64,000 bases of DNA, taken from positions 186,001 to 250,000 of the forward strand of contig CDROCS010005070.1 in the NCBI GenBank assembly GCA_977020255.1, written 5' to 3'. Below are positions 54,332-63,068 of this stretch, in pieces. The translations under genes were made by a program, and so were the position numbers. Position 1 is the first letter of the stretch; every line of letters begins with the position of its first letter. The notes under the pieces were generated by a model. It saw only the letters and a program-made list of their open reading frames with translations. It was not told the origin of the DNA and searched no databases. The stretch is from Obrimoposthia wandeli (lineage: Eukaryota).

Positions 54332-55001
54332 AAGGCAGTCTTGTCAATCAAATGACAGCTGATTCGTATCGCTGGAAATTTCTTCTTACTTAAGATCTAA
54401 AAATCAATAAATCCTATTGCACTTAAAATGTGCTTACCTTGACGTCTCTTGATTGACGTGACTAATTGATTTCCTAATTTAATGGCTTCTCCTTAATTAA
54501 TCTTAACAATTGTCCTTTTTGGGTTAATTAATTTAACTTTTATACATTTTCACATTATACACGACCTTCGTGGTCCTCCTAATTTTTACCCTAAATTCCA
54601 CTAATTTTAATTCTAACTAAAATTAATATTTTAATTTAATTTTCAACCTTGTTTTCAAGGATTTTTATTTTAGTATTTAATCGACTAAATATTTAAATTT
54701 CTTAATTCTCAAACCTAACATACCTCGGGGGTTCCAAAAAAGTTACGTCCCCGGAACGTATCGATTTTACTTAATAAGCCTTTGGCTGTTGATTTTAGGT
54801 TCATCCCTACAAAATCAATCATTCAACTTCAACAAACATGCCCAAAAAATTTTCCTCAAAATCCCGGTTTTTAGTGGGAGACATAATATATAATTTGGAG
54901 CAAGTCTCAAACCATACATTATTACTTATACACAACTAAAAATTTACACACAAAATTACATGCATAACTAAGGGTTAGGAAGGAAAGAAGGGAGGAAAGG
55001 A

Positions 55002-55532
55002 TCAATTGTCATATGTCAGGTCAATTGTAATTGTCGGCTGGTTCCGACTGGCCAGGTAGCGCAGAACCTGCTCCAGGGGTAGGTCGGGAAAGGACGGACT
55101 GTCCCCGTTGTACAGGTGTAGTTGTTGGCTCCGGGTTAGGTGTGGACTCTCGATGAACAGGTCGAAATGCTGCCCGTTTATGGCGTGATTTTCTATCCAG
55201 TGCCGTCTGGCCTGGAACCACGAGTGGCAGTCTCGACTAGACCGCCATCTCTCGCGGATGCCCAGTTGTGTGTCGCGCCGGCGTGCGAGACACACGTAGC
55301 ATTGGCAATGTATGCCACCAATGCAGCTGGCAGGCGATCGGGTGCCCTTGTGCCTTCCACGGCTCTGGAGCGTCCATTTGGCAAAGGGTGTCCGGCACAG
55401 TGGACATGTGATATGGCCGGGGGGTCGAGCCTTGGTCCACAAATAGAGGCACTCCTCGTGGAATTTGTGACGGCAGCCGACAGGGGATGCTGATACCGCC
55501 CAAATCTTCTCCATGCATACAGAACACTTCAT
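55002..55532 (-). CDS. RING-H2 protein 3 with extra Cys motif and C-terminal extension (176 aa from MKCSVC)
   Basis: CSVC..CRHKFHEEC..W..CPLC, then CIGGIHCQCYVC; acceptor TTTTCTTATGCAG directly before the ATG. Confidence 0.85.
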   Translation of the reverse strand: MKCSVCMEKIWAVSASPVGCRHKFHEECLYLWTKARPPGHITCPLCRTPFAKWTLQSRGRHKGTRSPASCIGGIHCQCYVCLARRRDTQLGIRERWRSSRDCHSWFQARRHWIENHAINGQHFDLFIESPHLTRSQQLHLYNGDSPSFPDLPLEQVLRYLASRNQPTITIDLTYDN

Positions 55533-55872
55533 CTGCATAAGAAAACAACTCCTTTCAATTTGGGGTTCACTGTTCTCATTGTTAATTTAAATTTTATTTC
55601 AAAACGAATCCTTAGTTATCTAATCCTACCGAGTTTTGTTTCGATTTTAGGCATGTTTACGCATTCACACTAAGCATAAAAATTGTCTTTTTTAGAAATT
55701 CAGTATAATAATTACAATTTCAGTTAAACATCATACATAAAAATGGTAATGGTCAATTTACAGTTCACAAGATTATATAATTATGATTACAATTATGGTA
55801 GCTAATTTATCGCGGTATGCGATACACAGGGTAGTTCATGATATCACGTTCAAGTCAGAAAGTTACCTTCGA

Positions 55873-56178
55873 TTATTGTTGGGGATTGGGCTGGCCTGTG
55901 CTTCGCTCCTCCACGCAGAACGAGCACCAGCAATCGCAGATGGTTTTCCAGCAGTGTACGATGGGTACCACTGCTTGGAGGCTGTCCTGGTTGTACACGT
56001 AGTGTACTGAGAAGGTCGCTCTGCACATCGGGCAGGTTGGGAAGTCGAGGGGATTGTTGCTGTTTGCGATGGGGATCCACGTCTCGAGGCATTCGACGTG
56101 GAAAAGGTGGTCGCAGTTGTTGGGCTTGGTGTAGAAGTCCACGATGCTCTCGTAGCAGATGGAACATTCTCCAGACAT
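55873..56178 (-). CDS. RING-H2 protein 2 (101 aa)
   Basis: CSIC..CDHLFHVEC..W..CPMC, then CWKTICDCWCSFC. Confidence 0.9.
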   Translation of the reverse strand: MSGECSICYESIVDFYTKPNNCDHLFHVECLETWIPIANSNNPLDFPTCPMCRATFSVHYVYNQDSLQAVVPIVHCWKTICDCWCSFCVEERSTGQPNPQQ

Positions 56179-56238
56179 TACTGTGGGAGGGTTGATGTTG
56201 AATTTGGGCTCGATTGAGGACTGGTGGTTGTGTGATGT

Positions 56239-56538
56239 TTACACAAAAGTGGTCTGATTTTGTCGATCTGACAAACAGTAATAACACCAACACTCTCCGA
56301 AATTCTTCCAACAGAATACCACCTGTACATATACATCCTCTTGGTTGGGTTCTAACATGATGAATCTTGCGAATTGTCTTCTGCATACAGGGCAACAAGG
56401 GTATGTTGGATGTCCGAACTGTCCATAAGTTCTGATCCATGTCGATAAACATTCCTCGTGGTGTAAATGGCTGCAGGTTTCGGGTCTTGTTCTTCGTTCG
56501 GTTAGATCTTCCAAACATATTGGGCATTCTTCGGACAT
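56239..56538 (-). CDS. RING-H2 protein 1 (99 aa from MSEECPIC)
   Basis: CPIC..CSHLHHEEC..W..CPVC, then CWKNFGECWCYYC. Confidence 0.9.
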   Translation of the reverse strand: MSEECPICLEDLTERRTRPETCSHLHHEECLSTWIRTYGQFGHPTYPCCPVCRRQFARFIMLEPNQEDVYVQVVFCWKNFGECWCYYCLSDRQNQTTFV

Positions 56539-56661
56539 TCTAAATACATGATGATGATTAATTTCTACATGAGTTTTATATATTTCTACTATTTGTACAA
56601 TCACTTCTAGATATTTCTAAACATTTCACACACTAATTTATCTACAACCTCCTCTGACTCA

Positions 56662-57711
56662 TCATATCTTGATGGGAGGCGGAGGTAAGGGTCGCAATTC
56701 CACTTCCTCCATGATGGGTGTGTCACAGCATCGCAATCTTTCGCATTTTCGTCGTATTCCTGGGCATACTTGACTGCCTTTTACGCACACGATTGTCAAT
56801 AGAACCACTGCTGTTGACACTACGGCCATTCCAATTAGGGCATTGACCGCTGTTATTCCGCTGTCTGATGATTTATAATCATACTTCATTTTGTTGTTTG
56901 TCGGTTCGAATGACATTTCCATGGGTTTTGATCGGTTTCCATGTATTATGTCCGATTTTCTAAAAATTCGGGGATTTGGGTGTTTTGTTTCTGATGGAAC
57001 AGGTATTATTATTTTGGATTGGAAATGATGTTTGGGATCTAGTGGGATCGTTCCCCTCACTCTTGTCCTCTTAATAATTGTACTTTGGTTTCTGGGATTG
57101 AGCTCTTTTTCTTTCGCTTCTGTCTTTGTTCTGATCACTGTCGGTTTTTTGGAATGTCGTTTACTTTCGTTTACTTTTGCCTTCTTTCTGACTAGGATTG
57201 GCCTTTTGGGAATGATTTTCCTGGGTTTGATACTTATACCGGATCTACGAAATCGACGGTTCTGGTATCTTAGAGTTATGTAGAATATTTCACCTGTTAT
57301 TATCATGATTATGGTCGAGGTCTCTGTAGTATTACTGGAAATTCGATTACACAGACATTCTGTGTTAAAATGTGGTACTAACATTTGGCTTTGGATTTCG
57401 AATCTGATTCCGCCATCTGGGTTGGGACACATTACTGTTACTCTGTCGGTCTCTAGCAATCTGAAAAATATCCTAACGGAATTCCATACGGCTTTACGTC
57501 GTCTACCTGTGATCATAATCCTGTCGACAATTTTCCAGATGCGTTCATCTCTAGGCAATATTAATGACTTTGTTCGGATACTTTGGATAATCCGCTTCCT
57601 CTTCGATATTGTTATCCGTAGGTATAACACTTTTTCATGATACAATAATATTAAATTGTAATCGGGTGTATTTTGGTCGATTTTTATTCTGACCTGTCGG
57701 ATGACATACAA
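56662..57711 (-). CDS. Basic ectodomain + C-terminal TM + Cys/Pro-rich tail; probably the C-terminal part of the preceding ORF
   Basis: 349-aa open frame, open upstream to ~57780; sequons NTT/NES/NQS/NRS; RFRR; TM ITAVNALIGMAVVSTAVVLLTIVCV; tail CC..PLPPPP. Confidence 0.75.
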   Translation of the reverse strand: MYVIRQVRIKIDQNTPDYNLILLYHEKVLYLRITISKRKRIIQSIRTKSLILPRDERIWKIVDRIMITGRRRKAVWNSVRIFFRLLETDRVTVMCPNPDGGIRFEIQSQMLVPHFNTECLCNRISSNTTETSTIIMIITGEIFYITLRYQNRRFRRSGISIKPRKIIPKRPILVRKKAKVNESKRHSKKPTVIRTKTEAKEKELNPRNQSTIIKRTRVRGTIPLDPKHHFQSKIIIPVPSETKHPNPRIFRKSDIIHGNRSKPMEMSFEPTNNKMKYDYKSSDSGITAVNALIGMAVVSTAVVLLTIVCVKGSQVCPGIRRKCERLRCCDTPIMEEVELRPLPPPPIKI

Positions 57712-57772
57712 TTTCTGATCGATATTGTCGGTTGCTGACGTCTGTAGATGAATGTCTACTACGTGATTTGTT

Positions 57773-60700
57773 TTAGAAGGGGGTTTCTATGTATACTGCC
57801 CGTATTACGTCTTGTCTCCATTTACTGATCATGATCTCATAACTAGCCTTGGTAGTGGTGATTTGTATGATCAGCATGATTCCTATGATCGTTCGATTCC
57901 TAAACTCAGGAACTTCAATGAAACAAGTCAAATTACTCATATAGTACGGTCTTTCCTCGATATGTTCATATATCGTTGGCTGGTACTCTGGTGCTGGTTC
58001 ATCTAGAAATGGTGGTCTTGGTATAATTGTGTTGAATTTTTGTAAGTTCATTTGACCTGTTCGTCTTGCGAGATCATGACGTTTCTTTTTTGATCTCGAC
58101 TCTATCTTTGTACAACAAAACAAGATGAGTAATATTAATATTATAAATCCAATGATCAGTGCGAGTATTGGATTAATCAATTCTAGAATACCGTAACGTA
58201 CTGCTGGTATTCCTTTACTCTTGATGGTTAATATTTTAAATTTGTGTGCACTTTGGTTGGATATGTCACTGAGAAGTACTATTTTAGTTTGTCCAAATGT
58301 GTAGTCTTCACATGTGACAACATCAATTCCATAATGTCTATTAAGTGTTTTCATTTCGGTCGCTGGAACTATACATATCCGTCCTGGGCATCCTTTTACA
58401 CACATGATCATTACAGCTTTACTGTAGGATGTCTTGATTATTTCTAGGGTGTTGTCTAGATTTCTCAAATGTAAATTATATTCGGATAGTGTCATCAATT
58501 CGGCTTTACTGGTTGGCATGGCTTGCAGTACCAATCCAATTACTACTCCATAAATCAATCCTTGTGCAACGGTGCACAGGGCCTTGACTGACCTTTTGCA
58601 AAGGGTTTTAATTATCAATCGTTTAAGAGATATCTGTTTCTGATTGGATCGTTTTGTTGTCTGTCGTTGTTTTGACATCTCCTCGATTCCATCTCTTCCG
58701 ATAATCAACTGTACCGGTTTACCTTGTATCGTCAACTTTCCCAATCCATTTTTGGCGGACAAGCATGTTTTATGTCCTTCCATCGTTTCAATTATTACTC
58801 TCTTACTTCCATACTCACGTGTTTTGATGACATCGCCGTCGAATATATACGTTGGTCCTTTTGTATCAGCATCTTTTTGTATTTCCTTTACAACTCGTTT
58901 TCTTCGCTTGCATCCGGCGAATGTTGTTGATATTCGGTCAAGTGTGCGCTGTCGGTCAGCTTCGTAATCTATTCGAAATTGATTCAGTATTCTGTTTTGT
59001 GGGTAAAATATCGCTTCATTTACTATGTTGTCCTCGATCCTTTCGTCTAGATACACAAGCACTTTGTTCGTTGGTCCATTTGGTCTTTTCATCTTTACAA
59101 ACTGAAATCTTTTACTGTCGGTTCTCATAGATCGAAGACATTTTCGGATGATCCACACATCAATTAGTCCTAACAACACTAATAGCATCATCAGTGCCGG
59201 CGTATGGTACTGTATGGTGTAGTTGTGGATATCGATGAACCAGGAACTATTTCCGTGGTTGGAGCCTATCTCCTGTGCTCCCGTTATCGGCATTAAACAA
59301 CTTAACAAGCCTATCGCTAGCAATCTTTGGTATTGAAAGCTGGGCACTGTTGTTGTAGCTTCATTTGTTTCTCGTTGTTGTTTCCTCTTTTCGGTGTATT
59401 TCTCTATTTCTCGAACGAGTAACGGTTTGAATTCCGTATTCGGTCTATTCTGTTTGATGTAGACCATCGCTTCTTCTGGCGTGTGACCATGGTACTCTAC
59501 CAACAAGGATACACCTATGGTAGGCGCTAACATTGTACCTTTTTTCTGATATATCAGAACGCCGTTTCCTTCTGTGACTTCAGCTTGGATGGTTTGAGTC
59601 AATTTCGTCAGATGTTGTTGTGCATCGTTTATTTCTCGATTGGAAGCATGTATGTATCGAGTGGTGTCGTCTTCAGTATTTTGACACAGACTAATTATCT
59701 CGTTTCCGACTTCAACAATGTTGATTACTCGGTTGATACTGTGGAACTTTAATCCAGCAGTATCTATATCTCCTGGATGACATAAAAATACTTTTGGCAT
59801 TATCTGTGTAATTTTGTCGACTCCGGCTAAGAATAACCCGGTCAACGATAATGCTTGGAGGAAATTCTTTTCCTTTGGGTCCTCAGGAATGTCGTCCATC
59901 CGTCTTTGTTCTTGCAACAGAAGTTGGTAATTTGCCAACTGTCCCAAAAAATTAAGATTTGGGTTTGCAATACTTCTTCTCTCCTGTAGGTATTTTAGCG
60001 CTTCTAGTACCTGCATTCGTCTAGTCTTTATTAGGTATGCTAATACTAGAGTTGCTGATCGAGAAATTCCTTTCTGACAATGTACCAACACTTTTCCTTG
60101 GTTCCGGAGTTCTCTGTGAAGTATTTCGTTTGTTTCTACGAACCATTCGAGAAGATTAGCGTCCATTGAGTCTTTTACTCTTAATGTCATAGCTCTGATC
60201 GTCTGATATTGTGATTTGTGATTCATTGTAACGTTGATCACGTATGTTATCCCTTGTTCCAACAGTTTCTTTTCATCTGTTGCATCCTCCACATTTCCGA
60301 GGTATAACTTACCTGGAATGATCTCACTCATTGGTGGCATTAATTCTGACTCTTCAAGTTTTAGTCTTTCTAATCTCTTCTCTATTTGTTCGTCGATGTT
60401 GGATAGTTTCGCCAGTTTCTTTCCTCTCAGCATTCGTATTGCTGGAGAGATATTCATCTTTGTCTCTGATGTCTGTTCCTTTGTTGAGTCTTCTTCCGAC
60501 TCGGTCTCCTCTGCAGATTTAATTCGTCTTTCTTGTATATTCTGTTTCACGAATTCTATGTTTTGTCTTTTTCTGCTCTCTTTAGCGAATTCAATCTCCA
60601 TGGTTCTTCCGAATCGCTCTATTATGTTATCTTCGGATTCTGTTGATTCTGTATCGTTACTCTCCGGTTCGCTGTCTTCACTAGACTCGCTCGAAGGGTA

Positions 60701-61687
60701 TTCTGGTATGTCTGTCTGGACTGAAATTAATGAAGGGGTTAGAATAATTGGATTGATTTCCCCTTCGTATTTGTGAATCGGATACGGTATTACACTATCT
60801 TTAAGTATTTCAACTTGGAACTGTGCTCCATAGCACATGACAATTGTTTCTAATTTACCCATGATGGACAATCCATCAAAATAGGTAACATTCAGCTTAG
60901 ATATCGGTGTCTTCGCATAATTAATTAAGTTTACTCGTATCTCAGTTGATGACGGCCATCGATTTTTTAGTAAAATTATAATTTCGTCGTTTATCGATGT
61001 GATCACACTTGGCGCGGATGATACTATTTCAGCATGATATTTTGGCTGGATTGAGTTGGTCACTTGTTCTCGGATCATATTGATTCTTAGTGGTTTTTTA
61101 TTTTTAGCTTCCCACTTCCGGTATCCGCTGTCAATGCGTAACTCTGCCGTTGCTTTGATGATTTTATTGTTAGCCACTTCCGGTTGGGTCGGCGAATGAA
61201 ATCCTTCTATTACGCTCAACCTTACAGATACTTCCGTTTGATCTGTATCTAACCGGTGAGATTCTGGTATACAACATACAATTGTCTTTCCGTCAAAGTA
61301 TTTGGTGTCCATCTGACAAATTATCTTTTCAGTGTCAGCGTCGATTAAATGGACTCTCATGATATCTCTTTTCCCATGTGAATTACGTAATACCATTATT
61401 ACATCGTGGTATTCTTGTTTGAGTCTTTTTGGTGTACCATGCAGTATGTGACCACCGGCCGGTTCCTTCTCTTCCTGACTGGCTAGTCCTGCTTCAGTAC
61501 TGTCATAGTTCTGCCATGCAACTATGTTTGGTGTCAATGTGATTTCGATTATCACTTTCTCAGTCGTAAACACATTGGAATTTTGATAAAGTGCTGCGAC
61601 TAATGTATTTCCGTCGTAGTATGACACTCTAAGTTCGCACAGAAATTCGTTTGTCAGTGCATCTTTCACAATGACTTCTTTAGCCAC
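57773..61687 (-). CDS. 1304-aa cargo ORF: Ig/IPT-like repeats, dual-specificity phosphatase, pseudophosphatase, multiple signal/TM segments
   Basis: YFDG/YYDG repeats; SEIIPGKLYLGN..D..VLVHCQKGISRSATLVLAYLI..NPNLNFLGQL (DSP); second DSP-like fold with VLIYQKKGTMLA. The called start is a GTG, and the frame overlaps the integrase end. Confidence 0.88.
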   Translation of the reverse strand: MAKEVIVKDALTNEFLCELRVSYYDGNTLVAALYQNSNVFTTEKVIIEITLTPNIVAWQNYDSTEAGLASQEEKEPAGGHILHGTPKRLKQEYHDVIMVLRNSHGKRDIMRVHLIDADTEKIICQMDTKYFDGKTIVCCIPESHRLDTDQTEVSVRLSVIEGFHSPTQPEVANNKIIKATAELRIDSGYRKWEAKNKKPLRINMIREQVTNSIQPKYHAEIVSSAPSVITSINDEIIILLKNRWPSSTEIRVNLINYAKTPISKLNVTYFDGLSIMGKLETIVMCYGAQFQVEILKDSVIPYPIHKYEGEINPIILTPSLISVQTDIPEYPSSESSEDSEPESNDTESTESEDNIIERFGRTMEIEFAKESRKRQNIEFVKQNIQERRIKSAEETESEEDSTKEQTSETKMNISPAIRMLRGKKLAKLSNIDEQIEKRLERLKLEESELMPPMSEIIPGKLYLGNVEDATDEKKLLEQGITYVINVTMNHKSQYQTIRAMTLRVKDSMDANLLEWFVETNEILHRELRNQGKVLVHCQKGISRSATLVLAYLIKTRRMQVLEALKYLQERRSIANPNLNFLGQLANYQLLLQEQRRMDDIPEDPKEKNFLQALSLTGLFLAGVDKITQIMPKVFLCHPGDIDTAGLKFHSINRVINIVEVGNEIISLCQNTEDDTTRYIHASNREINDAQQHLTKLTQTIQAEVTEGNGVLIYQKKGTMLAPTIGVSLLVEYHGHTPEEAMVYIKQNRPNTEFKPLLVREIEKYTEKRKQQRETNEATTTVPSFQYQRLLAIGLLSCLMPITGAQEIGSNHGNSSWFIDIHNYTIQYHTPALMMLLVLLGLIDVWIIRKCLRSMRTDSKRFQFVKMKRPNGPTNKVLVYLDERIEDNIVNEAIFYPQNRILNQFRIDYEADRQRTLDRISTTFAGCKRRKRVVKEIQKDADTKGPTYIFDGDVIKTREYGSKRVIIETMEGHKTCLSAKNGLGKLTIQGKPVQLIIGRDGIEEMSKQRQTTKRSNQKQISLKRLIIKTLCKRSVKALCTVAQGLIYGVVIGLVLQAMPTSKAELMTLSEYNLHLRNLDNTLEIIKTSYSKAVMIMCVKGCPGRICIVPATEMKTLNRHYGIDVVTCEDYTFGQTKIVLLSDISNQSAHKFKILTIKSKGIPAVRYGILELINPILALIIGFIILILLILFCCTKIESRSKKKRHDLARRTGQMNLQKFNTIIPRPPFLDEPAPEYQPTIYEHIEERPYYMSNLTCFIEVPEFRNRTIIGIMLIIQITTTKASYEIMISKWRQDVIRAVYIETPF

Positions 61688-63057
61688 ATCTGTCGGTTGT
61701 GTTTTTCGAAAACAACTATTATCTCTTCGTCTTCTTCTAATATCTCTTGTGGTGCGATGTGTCGGATTACTTCCTTTTCCTCTTGGTACTTCATTCTGAG
61801 CATACCAATTCTCGCTGGTTTTTCCTTGCTACCACTCGTCATCATGTTTATGTAGTTCCGATCACTTACCATTCGTGTAAGTTTAATGGTATTGGTATTC
61901 GATTTCGATTTCTGTGATCTTAACTCATATCGTGACGCATTATCTTTATTTGGTACTAATTTGCATCGATTTGCATGTACAATCATCGGTTCCTTGTTCC
62001 GATTCTCTTCGTTGATTACTTTCAAATTTGTTGAGGTTGTCTGGATCACCTTGTATGGTCCTTTGTATGGTCTATGAAGTTTAAACGATAGACCTGGTTC
62101 GATGACTGGATAAAATATCATCACTTGATCTCCGACTCTAAATTCATGTGGTTTTGCTTTTTTGTCGTATTGTTCCTTGTAACCTTCTTGATTGAATTTC
62201 AACTTCAATCCGGCTTTGGTCCAAGCATCTTGTAACCTTTCCTTCATAACGACAATGTATTGTTCAGTTTCTAGATACTGAGATGTTGGCTCGGTCCACT
62301 CCAGATCCATTGGCATATTGTTCTGTCTGAGATACATCAGATAGAATGGTGTGTGACCCGTCGCCTCTCGAACTGAATTCCTGTAAGCATATAAACATGA
62401 AGGTAAATATTTATCCCAATCCTCTTGCTTGTCGGAGCAATAGGATTGTACCATCATACATAAAGTTTTATTAAACCTTTCTACCAGACCATCTGTCTGT
62501 GGGTGATATGGTGAAGTTTGCAACTTCATGATTCCGAATATCTTCGATACTGCTTTTATGACTTCTCCAGTGAAGTTCTTACCTTGATCTGTTAACAACT
62601 TTCTAGGCACTCCGTATCGAAATATTATCTCTTCCACTAAGATTTGCGCTATTGTTTCAGCTTTCTGGTTCTGCATGGGATATGCTTCTACCCATCTCGT
62701 CATGTAGTCCGTAAATACTATGACGTACTTGTTTCCTTTACTTGATTCTCTCAATGGTCCCAATATATCCATCGCTGTGAATTCCATTGGTGCCAAGGGA
62801 ACTGGCATTGGTTTCAGTGGAACTTTAGTACGAGTTCCGGTGTCTTTTCTGGTTAAACATACTTTACATTGTTTACACCATTGTTTTATGTCGTCTTCCA
62901 TACCATCCCAATGGTACTTCTCTTTGATTCTGGCTATTGTCTTTCGCCCTGACAGATGTCCTCCTAGTGTTCCGTCGTGATACTGGATCATCACTGCTGT
63001 TTTCAATGACTTCGGAATTACTACTACTATCTTTCCGACATTATTGACAATATACAA
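61666..63057 (-). CDS. Gypsy integrase (HHCC, DDE, GPY/F) with a C-terminal extension; frameshifted from RNase H
   Basis: HDGTLGGH..CKQC, AMDILG, LTDQG, DGLVERFNKTL, PYKGPYKV. Confidence 0.95.
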   Translation of the reverse strand: MYIVNNVGKIVVVIPKSLKTAVMIQYHDGTLGGHLSGRKTIARIKEKYHWDGMEDDIKQWCKQCKVCLTRKDTGTRTKVPLKPMPVPLAPMEFTAMDILGPLRESSKGNKYVIVFTDYMTRWVEAYPMQNQKAETIAQILVEEIIFRYGVPRKLLTDQGKNFTGEVIKAVSKIFGIMKLQTSPYHPQTDGLVERFNKTLCMMVQSYCSDKQEDWDKYLPSCLYAYRNSVREATGHTPFYLMYLRQNNMPMDLEWTEPTSQYLETEQYIVVMKERLQDAWTKAGLKLKFNQEGYKEQYDKKAKPHEFRVGDQVMIFYPVIEPGLSFKLHRPYKGPYKVIQTTSTNLKVINEENRNKEPMIVHANRCKLVPNKDNASRYELRSQKSKSNTNTIKLTRMVSDRNYINMMTSGSKEKPARIGMLRMKYQEEKEVIRHIAPQEILEEDEEIIVVFEKHNRQMWLKKSL

Positions 63058-63068
63058 GATTCCTTCTT

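Larger units (their letters stand above)
52759..54720 (-). repeat. 3' LTR (C), ~1.96 kb; inner boundary inferred
   Basis: Outer end homologous to solo LTRs A and B. The inner TGTTAGG start lies 145 bp from the GACC..GGTC hairpin, as TGATAGG does in LTR B (142 bp). Confidence 0.7.

Noticed and set aside
56662-57711. Canonical errantivirus Env (baculovirus F-like)
   Set aside because: Ectodomain is short, very basic and Cys-poor, with no hydrophobic fusion peptide after RFRR.
61695-61715. Programmed -1 ribosomal frameshift at the integrase/cargo junction
   Set aside because: No in-frame X XXY YYZ heptamer, and the same A5-run lesion occurs between RNase H and integrase, which are normally in frame. 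An indel is more parsimonious, though recoding is not excluded.
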